From Bdellovibrionales bacterium (GTDB taxonomy: Bacteria; Bdellovibrionota; Bdellovibrionia; Bdellovibrionales; UBA1609), in NCBI GenBank assembly GCA_965205645.1, contig OZ242172.1:704122-768121 (forward strand): a stretch of 64,000 bases of DNA, in the 5' to 3' direction. Below, in pieces: positions 16,484 to 24,616 of this stretch (position 1 is its first letter; each line of letters begins with the position of its first letter). Under the pieces are notes generated by a model. That model saw only the letters and a list, made by a program, of their open reading frames with translations. It had not been told where the DNA came from and did not search any database. The translations under genes and the position numbers were made by a program.

Positions 16484-16990
16484 CAACCCCCCCCTCAAAA
16501 GGGGTAACTTCGCCGCGATTCCTTGCACGCATGTCACAATTTTGCTTATAAAGTTCGTCAAGTAAGTAAGTGTCCGCCCCCCAAAGGGGGTAACTTCGCC
16601 GCGATTCCTTGCACGCATGTCACAATTTTGCTTATAAAGTTCGTCAAGTAAGTAAGTGTCCGCCCCCCAAAGGGGGTAACTTCGCCGCGATTCCTTGCAC
16701 GCATGTCACAATTTTGCTTATAAAGTTCGTCAAGTAAGTAAGTGTCCGCCCCCAAAGGGGGTAACTTCGCCGCGATTCCTTGCACGCATGTCACAATTTT
16801 TCACATAAAGTTTGCCAAGTAAGTAAGTGTCCGCCCCCCAAAGGGGGTAACTTCGCCGCGATTCCTTGCACGCATGTCACAATTTTTCACATAAAGTTTG
16901 CCAAGTAAGTAAGTGTCCGCCCCCCAAAGGGGGTAACTTCGCCGCGATTCTGCTGTACGCATGTCACTCCTTGTAAATCATGTTTATCAG
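16484..16990 (-). repeat. Tandem array of 6 units of the hairpin repeat, period 86 bp (one unit is 85 bp), co-oriented with secG
   Basis: The TGTCCGCC landmark falls at 16571, 16657, 16743, 16828 and 16914. Monomer: GTCCGCCCCCCAAAGGGGGTAACTTCGCCGCGATTCCTTGCACGCATGTCACAATTTTGCTTATAAAGTTCGTCAAGTAAGTAAGT. The last two units switch to a TTTTTCACATAAAGTTTGCCAAG linker. Confidence 0.92.
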
Positions 16991-17151
16991 TTGTCTGCGG
17001 CGACCTCGCCATGCTCTGCGGCAAAATGCATATCTGAGCTTTTGAGTGAATTTTTTAAATGGGAAAACAAATATTTACACTGTTGCAAATTATGCTTGTA
17101 AATATCCGATTGTATGTTGAGTTTTGGAATAGCTTATTATTAAATAAGGCA

Positions 17152-18150
17152 ATGCCTAAGACATCTGATTTAAATAAAGTAAAAAAATCTGCACTGCCTA
17201 AAATAGCCTTCAGTCGTCTGTCTGTTCAAGACGTAGCATCAGTATATCATATGCCAATGGTAACTTTAGTGAGTAAAGCACATGCGGTGCACTGTCGCTA
17301 CTTTGATCCACAACAAATACAAACTAGCCAACTGCTGTCCATTAAAACAGGAGGTTGTTCAGAAAATTGTGCCTACTGTCCTCAATCCGCTCATTATAAT
17401 ACAGGAGTTAATAAAGAAAAATTGATGGACTTATCTTCTGTACTGTCAGCTGCTCGCTCGGCTAAAAAACAAGGGGCGACTCGTTTTTGTATGGGAGCCG
17501 CCTGGAGAGAAGTGCGTGACGGACCTCTGTTTGATCGTGTGTTGGACATGGTGTCAGAAGTAAAAGATCTCGAATTGGAAGTGTGCTGCACCTTAGGTAT
17601 GTTATCAGAAGAACAAGCCGTGCGACTCAAAAAAGCTGGCTTGTACGCTTATAATCATAATATCGATACCTCAAAGAATTTTTATCCTAAAATTATTACA
17701 ACGCGTAAATATGAAGATCGCCTGCGAACCATTCAATCCGTTAGAAAAGCAGGAATAACAGTTTGTACAGGTGGTATTGTTGGTATGGGAGAAACAAAAC
17801 AGGATCGAATTGAATTTTTGCATCAGCTGGCCATTTTGCAGCCGTCACCGGAAAGCGTAACTATTAATAAACTTATTCCTATTCCAGGCACGCCTCTGGC
17901 ACGTCAAAAGCCACTTCCTCATTTAGAGATCATACGAGTGATTGCAACTGCCCGGATTCTCATGCCTCAATCTATGGTGCGTTTAAGTGCTGGCCGAACA
18001 GGTATGAGTGAATCCGATCAGTTTTTATGTTTTTTTGCCGGTGCTAATTCCATTTTTATTGGAGAAAAACTTTTAACCTCTGCTAACCCAGGTCTTTCTA
18101 AAGACACTGAAATGCTTCAGCGATTAGGGATGTCCGTGCGCACTTGTTAA
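17152..18150 (+). CDS. bioB: Biotin synthase
   Basis: Radical-SAM motif CSENCAYCPQS, plus MGAAWR and YNHNIDTS. The longest ORF starts at 17059, but the Met at 17152 gives a normal N-terminus. Confidence 0.92.
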   Translation: MPKTSDLNKVKKSALPKIAFSRLSVQDVASVYHMPMVTLVSKAHAVHCRYFDPQQIQTSQLLSIKTGGCSENCAYCPQSAHYNTGVNKEKLMDLSSVLSAARSAKKQGATRFCMGAAWREVRDGPLFDRVLDMVSEVKDLELEVCCTLGMLSEEQAVRLKKAGLYAYNHNIDTSKNFYPKIITTRKYEDRLRTIQSVRKAGITVCTGGIVGMGETKQDRIEFLHQLAILQPSPESVTINKLIPIPGTPLARQKPLPHLEIIRVIATARILMPQSMVRLSAGRTGMSESDQFLCFFAGANSIFIGEKLLTSANPGLSKDTEMLQRLGMSVRTC

Positions 18151-18297
18151 TCCATCTACATAAATAATAAAAAATAATGGAATAGTGACAATGATAAATA
18201 AACTAGTCATACTGAAAGCTATAGTCATAAAAGTAATTTTATAATAATTTTTCAAAGACTGTGTTCAAGGAAAGCTGCGAACTAGGGTGTATAGTGT

Positions 18298-19284
18298 ATG
18301 AAAGTGTTAGTAACAGGAGCAACCGGTTTCTTAGGTGGATGGCTGTGTAAAGCTTTGGTGAAAGAAGGGCACTCCGTGCACGCTTTAGTACGCCCTTCCA
18401 GTAATACTAGTGAATTGCAAAAACTGTCTGTTCATTTACATAAAGGGGATGTGACAGATCTTCATTCTTTCATGTCTGCCGCCAGTGGTGGGGTAGAAGT
18501 GTTATTTCATTTAGCAGGGTTGGTGGCTTATGCAGAAAGGCTGCGTTCAGCAATGCAGGCAGTAAATGTAGGAGGGACAGCTAATGCTATTGAAGTGTGT
18601 CGCCAACGAAATATTCGTTTAGTTTACATGAGTTCCGTTGCTGCTGTCGGAGCTAGTCTTACCTCGAAAGTGCTAAATGAAGAATCTCCTTATGAAATGG
18701 ACAAATTTCGTTTCGGGTATTTTGATACAAAAAGGAAAGCAGAAATATTAGTACGACAAGCTTGCCAAAAAGGTGATCTATTTGCAGTTATTTTAAATCC
18801 TTCTAATGTTTATGGTGCAGGGGATATGCGCAAAGCTAGTCGACGGACACATATCTGGGTCGCAACAGGTAGTCTTCCATTTTATACTTCCGGTGGACTC
18901 AGTGTGGTGAACGTGGAATCTGTTATTGAAACCACGATACAAGCTGTGCAAAAAGGCCGGTCTGGAGAAAGATATATTCTCAGTGGTGAAAATATTAGTA
19001 TTCAAAAATTGTTTCAATTGGTAGCGAAAGCTGCCGGTAGTCACCCTCCCTCTATTCGTATGAGTAATTTTGTTTTAGATTCACTCGTGCTGGTTGGCCA
19101 AGGATTAAAAGCGATGGGGTTCCGCTTTTTTTTAAATGATAAAGATATGCGATTAGGTCGATTTTATCACTGGTTTGATCATAGTAAAGCTAGTGCAGAA
19201 CTGGATTTTTCTCCGCAGCCAGCTGCTTACGCTATTTCTAATTCCATTGAGTGGTGGAAAAAACACTGCCAATCAAAAACATAA
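18298..19284 (+). CDS. NAD-dependent epimerase/dehydratase family (extended SDR)
   Basis: MKVLVTGATGFLGGWL and YFDTKRKAE (YxxxK). Confidence 0.8.
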   Translation: MKVLVTGATGFLGGWLCKALVKEGHSVHALVRPSSNTSELQKLSVHLHKGDVTDLHSFMSAASGGVEVLFHLAGLVAYAERLRSAMQAVNVGGTANAIEVCRQRNIRLVYMSSVAAVGASLTSKVLNEESPYEMDKFRFGYFDTKRKAEILVRQACQKGDLFAVILNPSNVYGAGDMRKASRRTHIWVATGSLPFYTSGGLSVVNVESVIETTIQAVQKGRSGERYILSGENISIQKLFQLVAKAAGSHPPSIRMSNFVLDSLVLVGQGLKAMGFRFFLNDKDMRLGRFYHWFDHSKASAELDFSPQPAAYAISNSIEWWKKHCQSKT

Positions 19285-19373
19285 AGTAGGAAGGTAGTAA
19301 CATGAGTGCAGGGACTCGCGGCGAAAGTAACCCCCTATGGGGGCGCGGCGCTGTATCCCCCCCGATTTGGGGG
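19285..19373 (+). repeat. Partial forward repeat unit spanning the argS start codon
   Basis: GTAACATGAGTGCAGGGACTCGCGGCGAAAGTAACCCCCTATGGGGGCGCGGCGCTGTATCCCCCCCGATTTGGGGG compares with the canonical GTGACATGGGAGCAGCGGACTCGCGGCGAAA... Confidence 0.8.
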
Positions 19374-21143
19374 TTGGATCAGTTTACCAGTATTGTATGT
19401 CGCGATTTATCTCGTACCATTCATAAATTATTTCAATTGGATCTGGCAGAAAATCAAATAGCTCAGTACTTTAGTGCTCCTCCACAGGAGGACTGGGGAC
19501 ATTGGGCTTTGCCTTGTTTCTTTCTTGCAAACAAACAAAAAAAAATAAACCCCGCTGCAGCTTCTGCACAAATTGCAAACGCTTATCAAGTTCCCTCTAC
19601 TATATTTGAGCGAGTTGTCGCAAAAGGTCCTTATGTAAATTTTTTTTTTCAACCAGCTTTTTTATGTCAAAAGCTACTGAATCCCATCCGTTCCGGAGAG
19701 TTATTTCAATTGCCACCTAAAAAAAATAATCCATGGTTGGTGGAATACTCACAACCTAATACACATAAGGAATTACATATCGGCCACTTAAGAAATTTAT
19801 GTTTCGGTTTAGCTTTAACCACTTTATTAAAAAAACGAGGCTTTTCAGTCATTAGCTGTACTTTTCCTGGGGATACGGGCACACATACTGCGAAATGCTT
19901 ATGGTATTTGAAATACCATAATAAAGAAAAACCTCCTGATGAAACACATCCTCCTTTTGTGCGCAAAGGGGCATGGTTAGGATATATTTATACAAAAGCT
20001 TGCTTAAAATTTGAGGAAGCTGTCAAAGAGGCGGACTCTGCTCCGATCGTTCAAAAACAAGTGACGGATATTTTGAAACAACTACAGTCCAAACAAGGTG
20101 ATATTTATGAGCTATGGAAAGAAACACGCGAATGGAGCTGTGATTTAATGAAACAAGTGTACGAGTGGGTAGGAGTGCAATTTGACAAATGGTATTGGGA
20201 ATCAGAAGTGGATGAACCTTCCGTTCAGTTGATTAAAGATCTTTATCAAAAAAAACAACTCACTAAATCTGAATCAGCTATTGGTAAAGACTTAGGTTCA
20301 AAATTGGGATTTTGTTTGCTATTAAAATCAGACGGTAATGGATTATACGCTACTAAAGATATTTATCTAGCTAAAAAAAAGATGGAAGATTATCACCCGG
20401 AAAAAAATATTTATATCGTGGACCAAAGACAAGAGCGACACTTCCAACAAGTGTTCGCTGTATTAGATCATATTGGTTGTTCAGAAATTGCCAGCCGATC
20501 TAAACATTTAAAATATAACTTTGTACAACTACCTTCTGGTCCTATGAGCTCTAGAGACGGAAATATCGTTCCTATTATGGACATAATCCAAAAAATGACA
20601 GCTTATGTGAAAAAACAGTTTTTACAAAAATATGAGAATAACTGGGATAAAGATCAACAAGAACAAGTAGCTCGTCAAGTTGCTGAAGGAGCTATTAAAT
20701 ATGGAATGAATGAGCAGGATTTAAACAAAAAAATTATTTTTAATATGCAGGAATGGCTCAATTGGGATGGTAAATCAGGGCCGTATATTCAGTATGCATA
20801 CGCCAGATCTTGCTCTCTTTTAAAGAAATTCAATGCGGATAATCAGACGATTCAATACAAAGAACCAACTGCGTTTTCACCGGAAGAACAGTCAATTATT
20901 GTGCACCTTTCTCGTTTCTCTCTCATAATGGAAAATAGCGCCTGGCAAATGAAAACCGCACCCGTTTGCCATTATTTATTCGATCTGGCTAAACAGTTTT
21001 CCCGCTTCTATCAAAATTGCCCCATCGGTAGTTTAAAAGATCAAGAGAAGAAAAATTTTCGCCTGTTTCTCGTGCAGGTCGTTCAATCAGCCCTGAAAGA
21101 AGGACTATCCTACCTGTCCATTCCCACCCCTGAAAAAATGTAA
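19302..21143 (+). CDS. argS: Arginine--tRNA ligase. The first ~24 codons are repeat-derived.
   Basis: HIGHLRN class-I motif, PMSSRDGNIV, and a DALR-like C-terminus. The ATG at 19302 is the ATG carried by the repeat. An alternative in-frame TTG lies at 19374. Confidence 0.9.
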   Translation: MSAGTRGESNPLWGRGAVSPPIWGLDQFTSIVCRDLSRTIHKLFQLDLAENQIAQYFSAPPQEDWGHWALPCFFLANKQKKINPAAASAQIANAYQVPSTIFERVVAKGPYVNFFFQPAFLCQKLLNPIRSGELFQLPPKKNNPWLVEYSQPNTHKELHIGHLRNLCFGLALTTLLKKRGFSVISCTFPGDTGTHTAKCLWYLKYHNKEKPPDETHPPFVRKGAWLGYIYTKACLKFEEAVKEADSAPIVQKQVTDILKQLQSKQGDIYELWKETREWSCDLMKQVYEWVGVQFDKWYWESEVDEPSVQLIKDLYQKKQLTKSESAIGKDLGSKLGFCLLLKSDGNGLYATKDIYLAKKKMEDYHPEKNIYIVDQRQERHFQQVFAVLDHIGCSEIASRSKHLKYNFVQLPSGPMSSRDGNIVPIMDIIQKMTAYVKKQFLQKYENNWDKDQQEQVARQVAEGAIKYGMNEQDLNKKIIFNMQEWLNWDGKSGPYIQYAYARSCSLLKKFNADNQTIQYKEPTAFSPEEQSIIVHLSRFSLIMENSAWQMKTAPVCHYLFDLAKQFSRFYQNCPIGSLKDQEKKNFRLFLVQVVQSALKEGLSYLSIPTPEKM

Positions 21144-21475
21144 CCCCCCTCAAAGGGGGAGTGATTTCGCCGCGATTCCTTGCATCCATGTCACTATTTT
21201 ATACATTATGTTCGCCAAATAACCCCCTCTGGGGGCGCCGCCCGCGAGTCGCGGGGGATACTTTCGCCGCGGCTGTATTTACGTTATTGTCACTATCTTG
21301 CACATTATGTTCGCCAAGTAAGTGTCCATGGCGACTCGTTTGAGCTTTTAAACAAGGTTTTTAAACTTAAGAGATTCACAAAATAAGCGCCAGAGCGAAC
21401 ATCTGCGGCGCAGTATTCATGGCGATCCGCCACTGGTAACCTGCTACTGCATTTACATTATTGTCACGATTTTAA
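21143..21475 (-). repeat. Cluster of about 3 inverted-orientation repeat units downstream of argS
   Basis: CCCCCCTCAAAGGGGGAGTGATTTCGCCGCGATTCCTTGCATCCATGTCACTATTTTATACATTATGTT..., then CCCCCTCTGGGGG and CCCGCGAGTCGCGGG hairpins, then a degenerate unit ending ATTATTGTCACGATTTT. Confidence 0.85.
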
Positions 21476-21531
21476 AAAAATTTATAACATTATTATTAAT
21501 TTTAGTCCCCAAATATCCGAAAGTTATATTT

Positions 21532-23445
21532 ATGTCTATAAGAATTTTAATCTTGGAAGATGATCAAAATTTAGGAAAAACTCTTAGTAATCTGTTTATG
21601 ACTCAGCATGAAGCAGTTGTACAAGTGACTCATACTGCTGAAGAAGCCGAACATCTCATGTCATTTGAAGCTTTCGATCTGCTTATCGTGGATCTCGTGC
21701 TGCCAAAAGTTAACGGTTTGGATTTTTTAAAAAATATTGTTCAAAAGAAATATTTACATTCTGAATGTGTCGTGTGGTGTATTTCTGCTATTGTAGAAAA
21801 AAATATTATACCTAGAGAAGTGATTAAATATGTGGATAGTTTTTTTAAAAAATCTACATTTAATATGGATCGGATTAATCAGGTTTTTCGTGATACTTTT
21901 TACTCAGCTAAATATAAGAAATATTTTAAATTTTTCTATATGGAATCAAAAAGCAATATATCCTATACCACATGGTTGGATCACTGTAGAATAATAGAAC
22001 CACATCATTTAATGTTTATTTATGTACATTTGTGTAATAACGGTTTTAGTGGAACATTGGAACTCAGTGGTTCAACTGATACTCCATCTAAAATCTTTTT
22101 CAAAGACGGTAAGATATTCCATTTAAAAATGAATCAAATACCATTAGGTCAATTATTAGAGGAACACAACCTTATTTCTTCTGAAGAAATTAAAACAGCA
22201 ATTGAACAAAAAGGAGATATGCCTTTAGGAAGATATCTAGTGAATCAATGTTTAATTTCTCCACATGCGATGCAAGAGATGCTTAAAAAACAATTATCTC
22301 TTGGTTTATCTAAAACTATGCAAAGTAATTCTGTCCATTTACGTTATTTTGATACGCAAATGAAAAAGACTCAGGAAGATAATGGGTATATTAATTTAGA
22401 TGATTTAATGCCATTATTAGATGAGTGGATATTTTCTAAAGTGGGTCTTACCTGGATAAAAGATTTCTTTAAAAAACATCAAGATAGAACATTAAACTAT
22501 TTGGGAAATGATGTCGGAGTTAAATATAATAAAGGAAAGTCTCGGTTATTTGAATCCGTGTTTATGAATCCTATTCAAAAAGAAATATCCATTCAAGAAT
22601 TAATGAATAGTGCTCCCTTTAAGACAGATAGTTATGTACGAGAGATATATTATCGGCTATTGATTAAAAATTGTTGTCTGTCTTTACCAAGTGAAACTGT
22701 CACACATATTAAAGCATCTCGTGATCAATCCATCCTTTATAAAAAATTAACGAATTTTATTAACAAAGCTCAATCTAAAAATTATTTTGAATTGTTTGGC
22801 TTGCCGAAAAATGTTAATCACTCTCAATTGAAAAATAAATATTTTCAATTGATTAAAGCCTGTCATCCAGATTACAGGCAAGGTAATTACCCAGATGATT
22901 TACAGAAATTATATAACGAAAGTTTAGTCATTATTAATCAAGCATATAAAACATTGATCGATCCGGAAAAGCGACAACTTTATATGGAGAAACTATCTTC
23001 TGCAGCACAAAGTGTTTTATTTTCAGTGACTAAAGAATATCGTCAAGCAAAGCGGGAATTAAAAAATGGTGCTTATGAGCAATCTTTTCAGAAATTTGAT
23101 AAGATTTTAAAATCCGATAAAGCTCCTAAAGATTCTATTTTATTTTGGATGTGGGCGGATCTAAAAAAGAATAAAGAGCAATTGAATAAACAAAAACAAA
23201 AAATATTTTCCGATCATTTTCAAAATATATCAATAGAATATCAACAAGAAAATTTCTTTTTTGTTAAGGGATTGTTTATGAAACAGTTAGGAAAGAATAA
23301 AGAAGCAACGGCTTGTTTTAATAAAGCACTGTTAATTGATCCAAGAATGATAGAGGCACGGCAAGAACGTTATTCTTTAAAATTAAATCAACAGACAAAA
23401 TCTAAACAACACAAAAAACGATGGTTCTTTAGAAGTTCTGCTTGA
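21532..23445 (+). CDS. Multidomain protein: response-regulator receiver, DUF4388-like domain, GspE-N/MshEN-like repeats, J-domain, TPR-like tail
   Basis: ILILEDD...LLIVDLVLP (REC). GTLELSGSTDTPSKIFFKDGKIFHL (DUF4388-like). LGQLLEEHNLISSEEI / LGRYLVNQCLISPHAM. YFELFGLP...ACHPDY (J-domain HPD). Confidence 0.7.
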   Translation: MSIRILILEDDQNLGKTLSNLFMTQHEAVVQVTHTAEEAEHLMSFEAFDLLIVDLVLPKVNGLDFLKNIVQKKYLHSECVVWCISAIVEKNIIPREVIKYVDSFFKKSTFNMDRINQVFRDTFYSAKYKKYFKFFYMESKSNISYTTWLDHCRIIEPHHLMFIYVHLCNNGFSGTLELSGSTDTPSKIFFKDGKIFHLKMNQIPLGQLLEEHNLISSEEIKTAIEQKGDMPLGRYLVNQCLISPHAMQEMLKKQLSLGLSKTMQSNSVHLRYFDTQMKKTQEDNGYINLDDLMPLLDEWIFSKVGLTWIKDFFKKHQDRTLNYLGNDVGVKYNKGKSRLFESVFMNPIQKEISIQELMNSAPFKTDSYVREIYYRLLIKNCCLSLPSETVTHIKASRDQSILYKKLTNFINKAQSKNYFELFGLPKNVNHSQLKNKYFQLIKACHPDYRQGNYPDDLQKLYNESLVIINQAYKTLIDPEKRQLYMEKLSSAAQSVLFSVTKEYRQAKRELKNGAYEQSFQKFDKILKSDKAPKDSILFWMWADLKKNKEQLNKQKQKIFSDHFQNISIEYQQENFFFVKGLFMKQLGKNKEATACFNKALLIDPRMIEARQERYSLKLNQQTKSKQHKKRWFFRSSA

Positions 23446-23486
23446 TTATTTGAGTCATTAGTCGTTTTTTAAAGATCATAATAATA

Positions 23487-24605
23487 TTAGAATAAATATC
23501 GTCGGTACGACACAGAGGAAATAATTCCCAGAGCTGTCATAGTGGTGATTAAACTAGATCCTCCGTAAGAGAATAAAGGCAAAGGAATGCCCACAACCGG
23601 TAAAAGTCCCATCGTCATTCCCATGTTGATAAATATATGCCAAAATAAGTAGAAAGACATGCCTACACAAAGGAATATGCCTTCTTTATCTCGCGATTGA
23701 AAAGCGGTATGAAATCCAATCAAAATCAATAATGTAAAGAGTAATAAAGTGATGACACTGCCAATAAATCCATGTTCTTCACTCAGCGCACTAAAAATAA
23801 AATCTGTGTGTCGCTCTGGTAAGAATTCCAGTTGGGATTGGGTTCCTTTTTGAAATCCTTTCCCGAAAAATTTACCACTGCCAATAGCAATTTTAGATTG
23901 AATAGTATTGTAACCAGTACCTCTCGGATCTCGTCCTGGAGAAATAAAAGTAAAAATACGATTTTTTTGATACTCTTTTAATCCAAAATGCCAGGTAATA
24001 GGAGTGACAAATATGATGAGTAATAGAGCAGACCATAGGGCATTTTTATGTACTTTAGCGAATATAATGATAGAGACAGTAATAATGAGTGTGATCATAG
24101 CTGTGCCTAAATCTGGTTGTCGTATAATAAAAGCGGTAGGAATTAAAATTAGAGCAGCTGGCTTAATCAATTCTTTAATGGTGCTGAATTGCCAGCTACG
24201 TTTAATAGATAAAATGCGTGCTAATACAATAATAAGTACTAGTTTAGCAGTTTCAGCTGGTTGATAAGAAAACCAACCGAAATCCAACCACCTTTGTGCC
24301 CCTCCAAATGAACGTCCTACTAATTCAACGGCAACTAGAGATAAGAGGTTAATGCCATAAATAATATAGGCCCATTTAATTAAATAGTGATAATGGATGA
24401 AAGACATACAGAAAAAAACTGTAAAACCAATAGCTATCCAAATAGTTTGATAATAAAATAAGTAAGTAGCATTTGCGCCAGGTCGGTGAGATACACTGTA
24501 TAGATTGATTAAGCCAATCATCACTAGCGTTAAAGTAGTGACGATCAAACTCCAATTAAGTTTTTTGATCCAGTTTTTTTCTTTATAGCGTGTTGTTTTA
24601 AACAT
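23487..24605 (-). CDS. rodA: SEDS peptidoglycan polymerase RodA
   Basis: FtsW/RodA topology, PERHTDFIFS motif, adjacent to mrdA. Confidence 0.9.
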   Translation of the reverse strand: MFKTTRYKEKNWIKKLNWSLIVTTLTLVMIGLINLYSVSHRPGANATYLFYYQTIWIAIGFTVFFCMSFIHYHYLIKWAYIIYGINLLSLVAVELVGRSFGGAQRWLDFGWFSYQPAETAKLVLIIVLARILSIKRSWQFSTIKELIKPAALILIPTAFIIRQPDLGTAMITLIITVSIIIFAKVHKNALWSALLLIIFVTPITWHFGLKEYQKNRIFTFISPGRDPRGTGYNTIQSKIAIGSGKFFGKGFQKGTQSQLEFLPERHTDFIFSALSEEHGFIGSVITLLLFTLLILIGFHTAFQSRDKEGIFLCVGMSFYLFWHIFINMGMTMGLLPVVGIPLPLFSYGGSSLITTMTALGIISSVSYRRYLF

Positions 24606-24616
24606 TATTTTTAAAA

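Noticed and set aside
16280-16794. ORFs 16280..16618(-) and 16558..16794(-), which encode a repetitive MRARNRGEVTPFGG... protein
   Set aside because: They are read-throughs of the tandem repeat, which is open in several frames. The first also overlaps secG out of frame. There is no independent coding evidence.
16484-16990. Possible CRISPR array (regular GC-rich palindromic repeats)
   Set aside because: The whole 86-bp period is repeated, including the spacer-like part. There are no unique spacers, no cas genes, and the unit is the same dispersed element found inside genes.
20989-21386. ORFs 20989..21189(-), 21161..21343(+) and 21180..21386(+)
   Set aside because: They are composed of repeat units downstream of argS and are stop-free by composition only.
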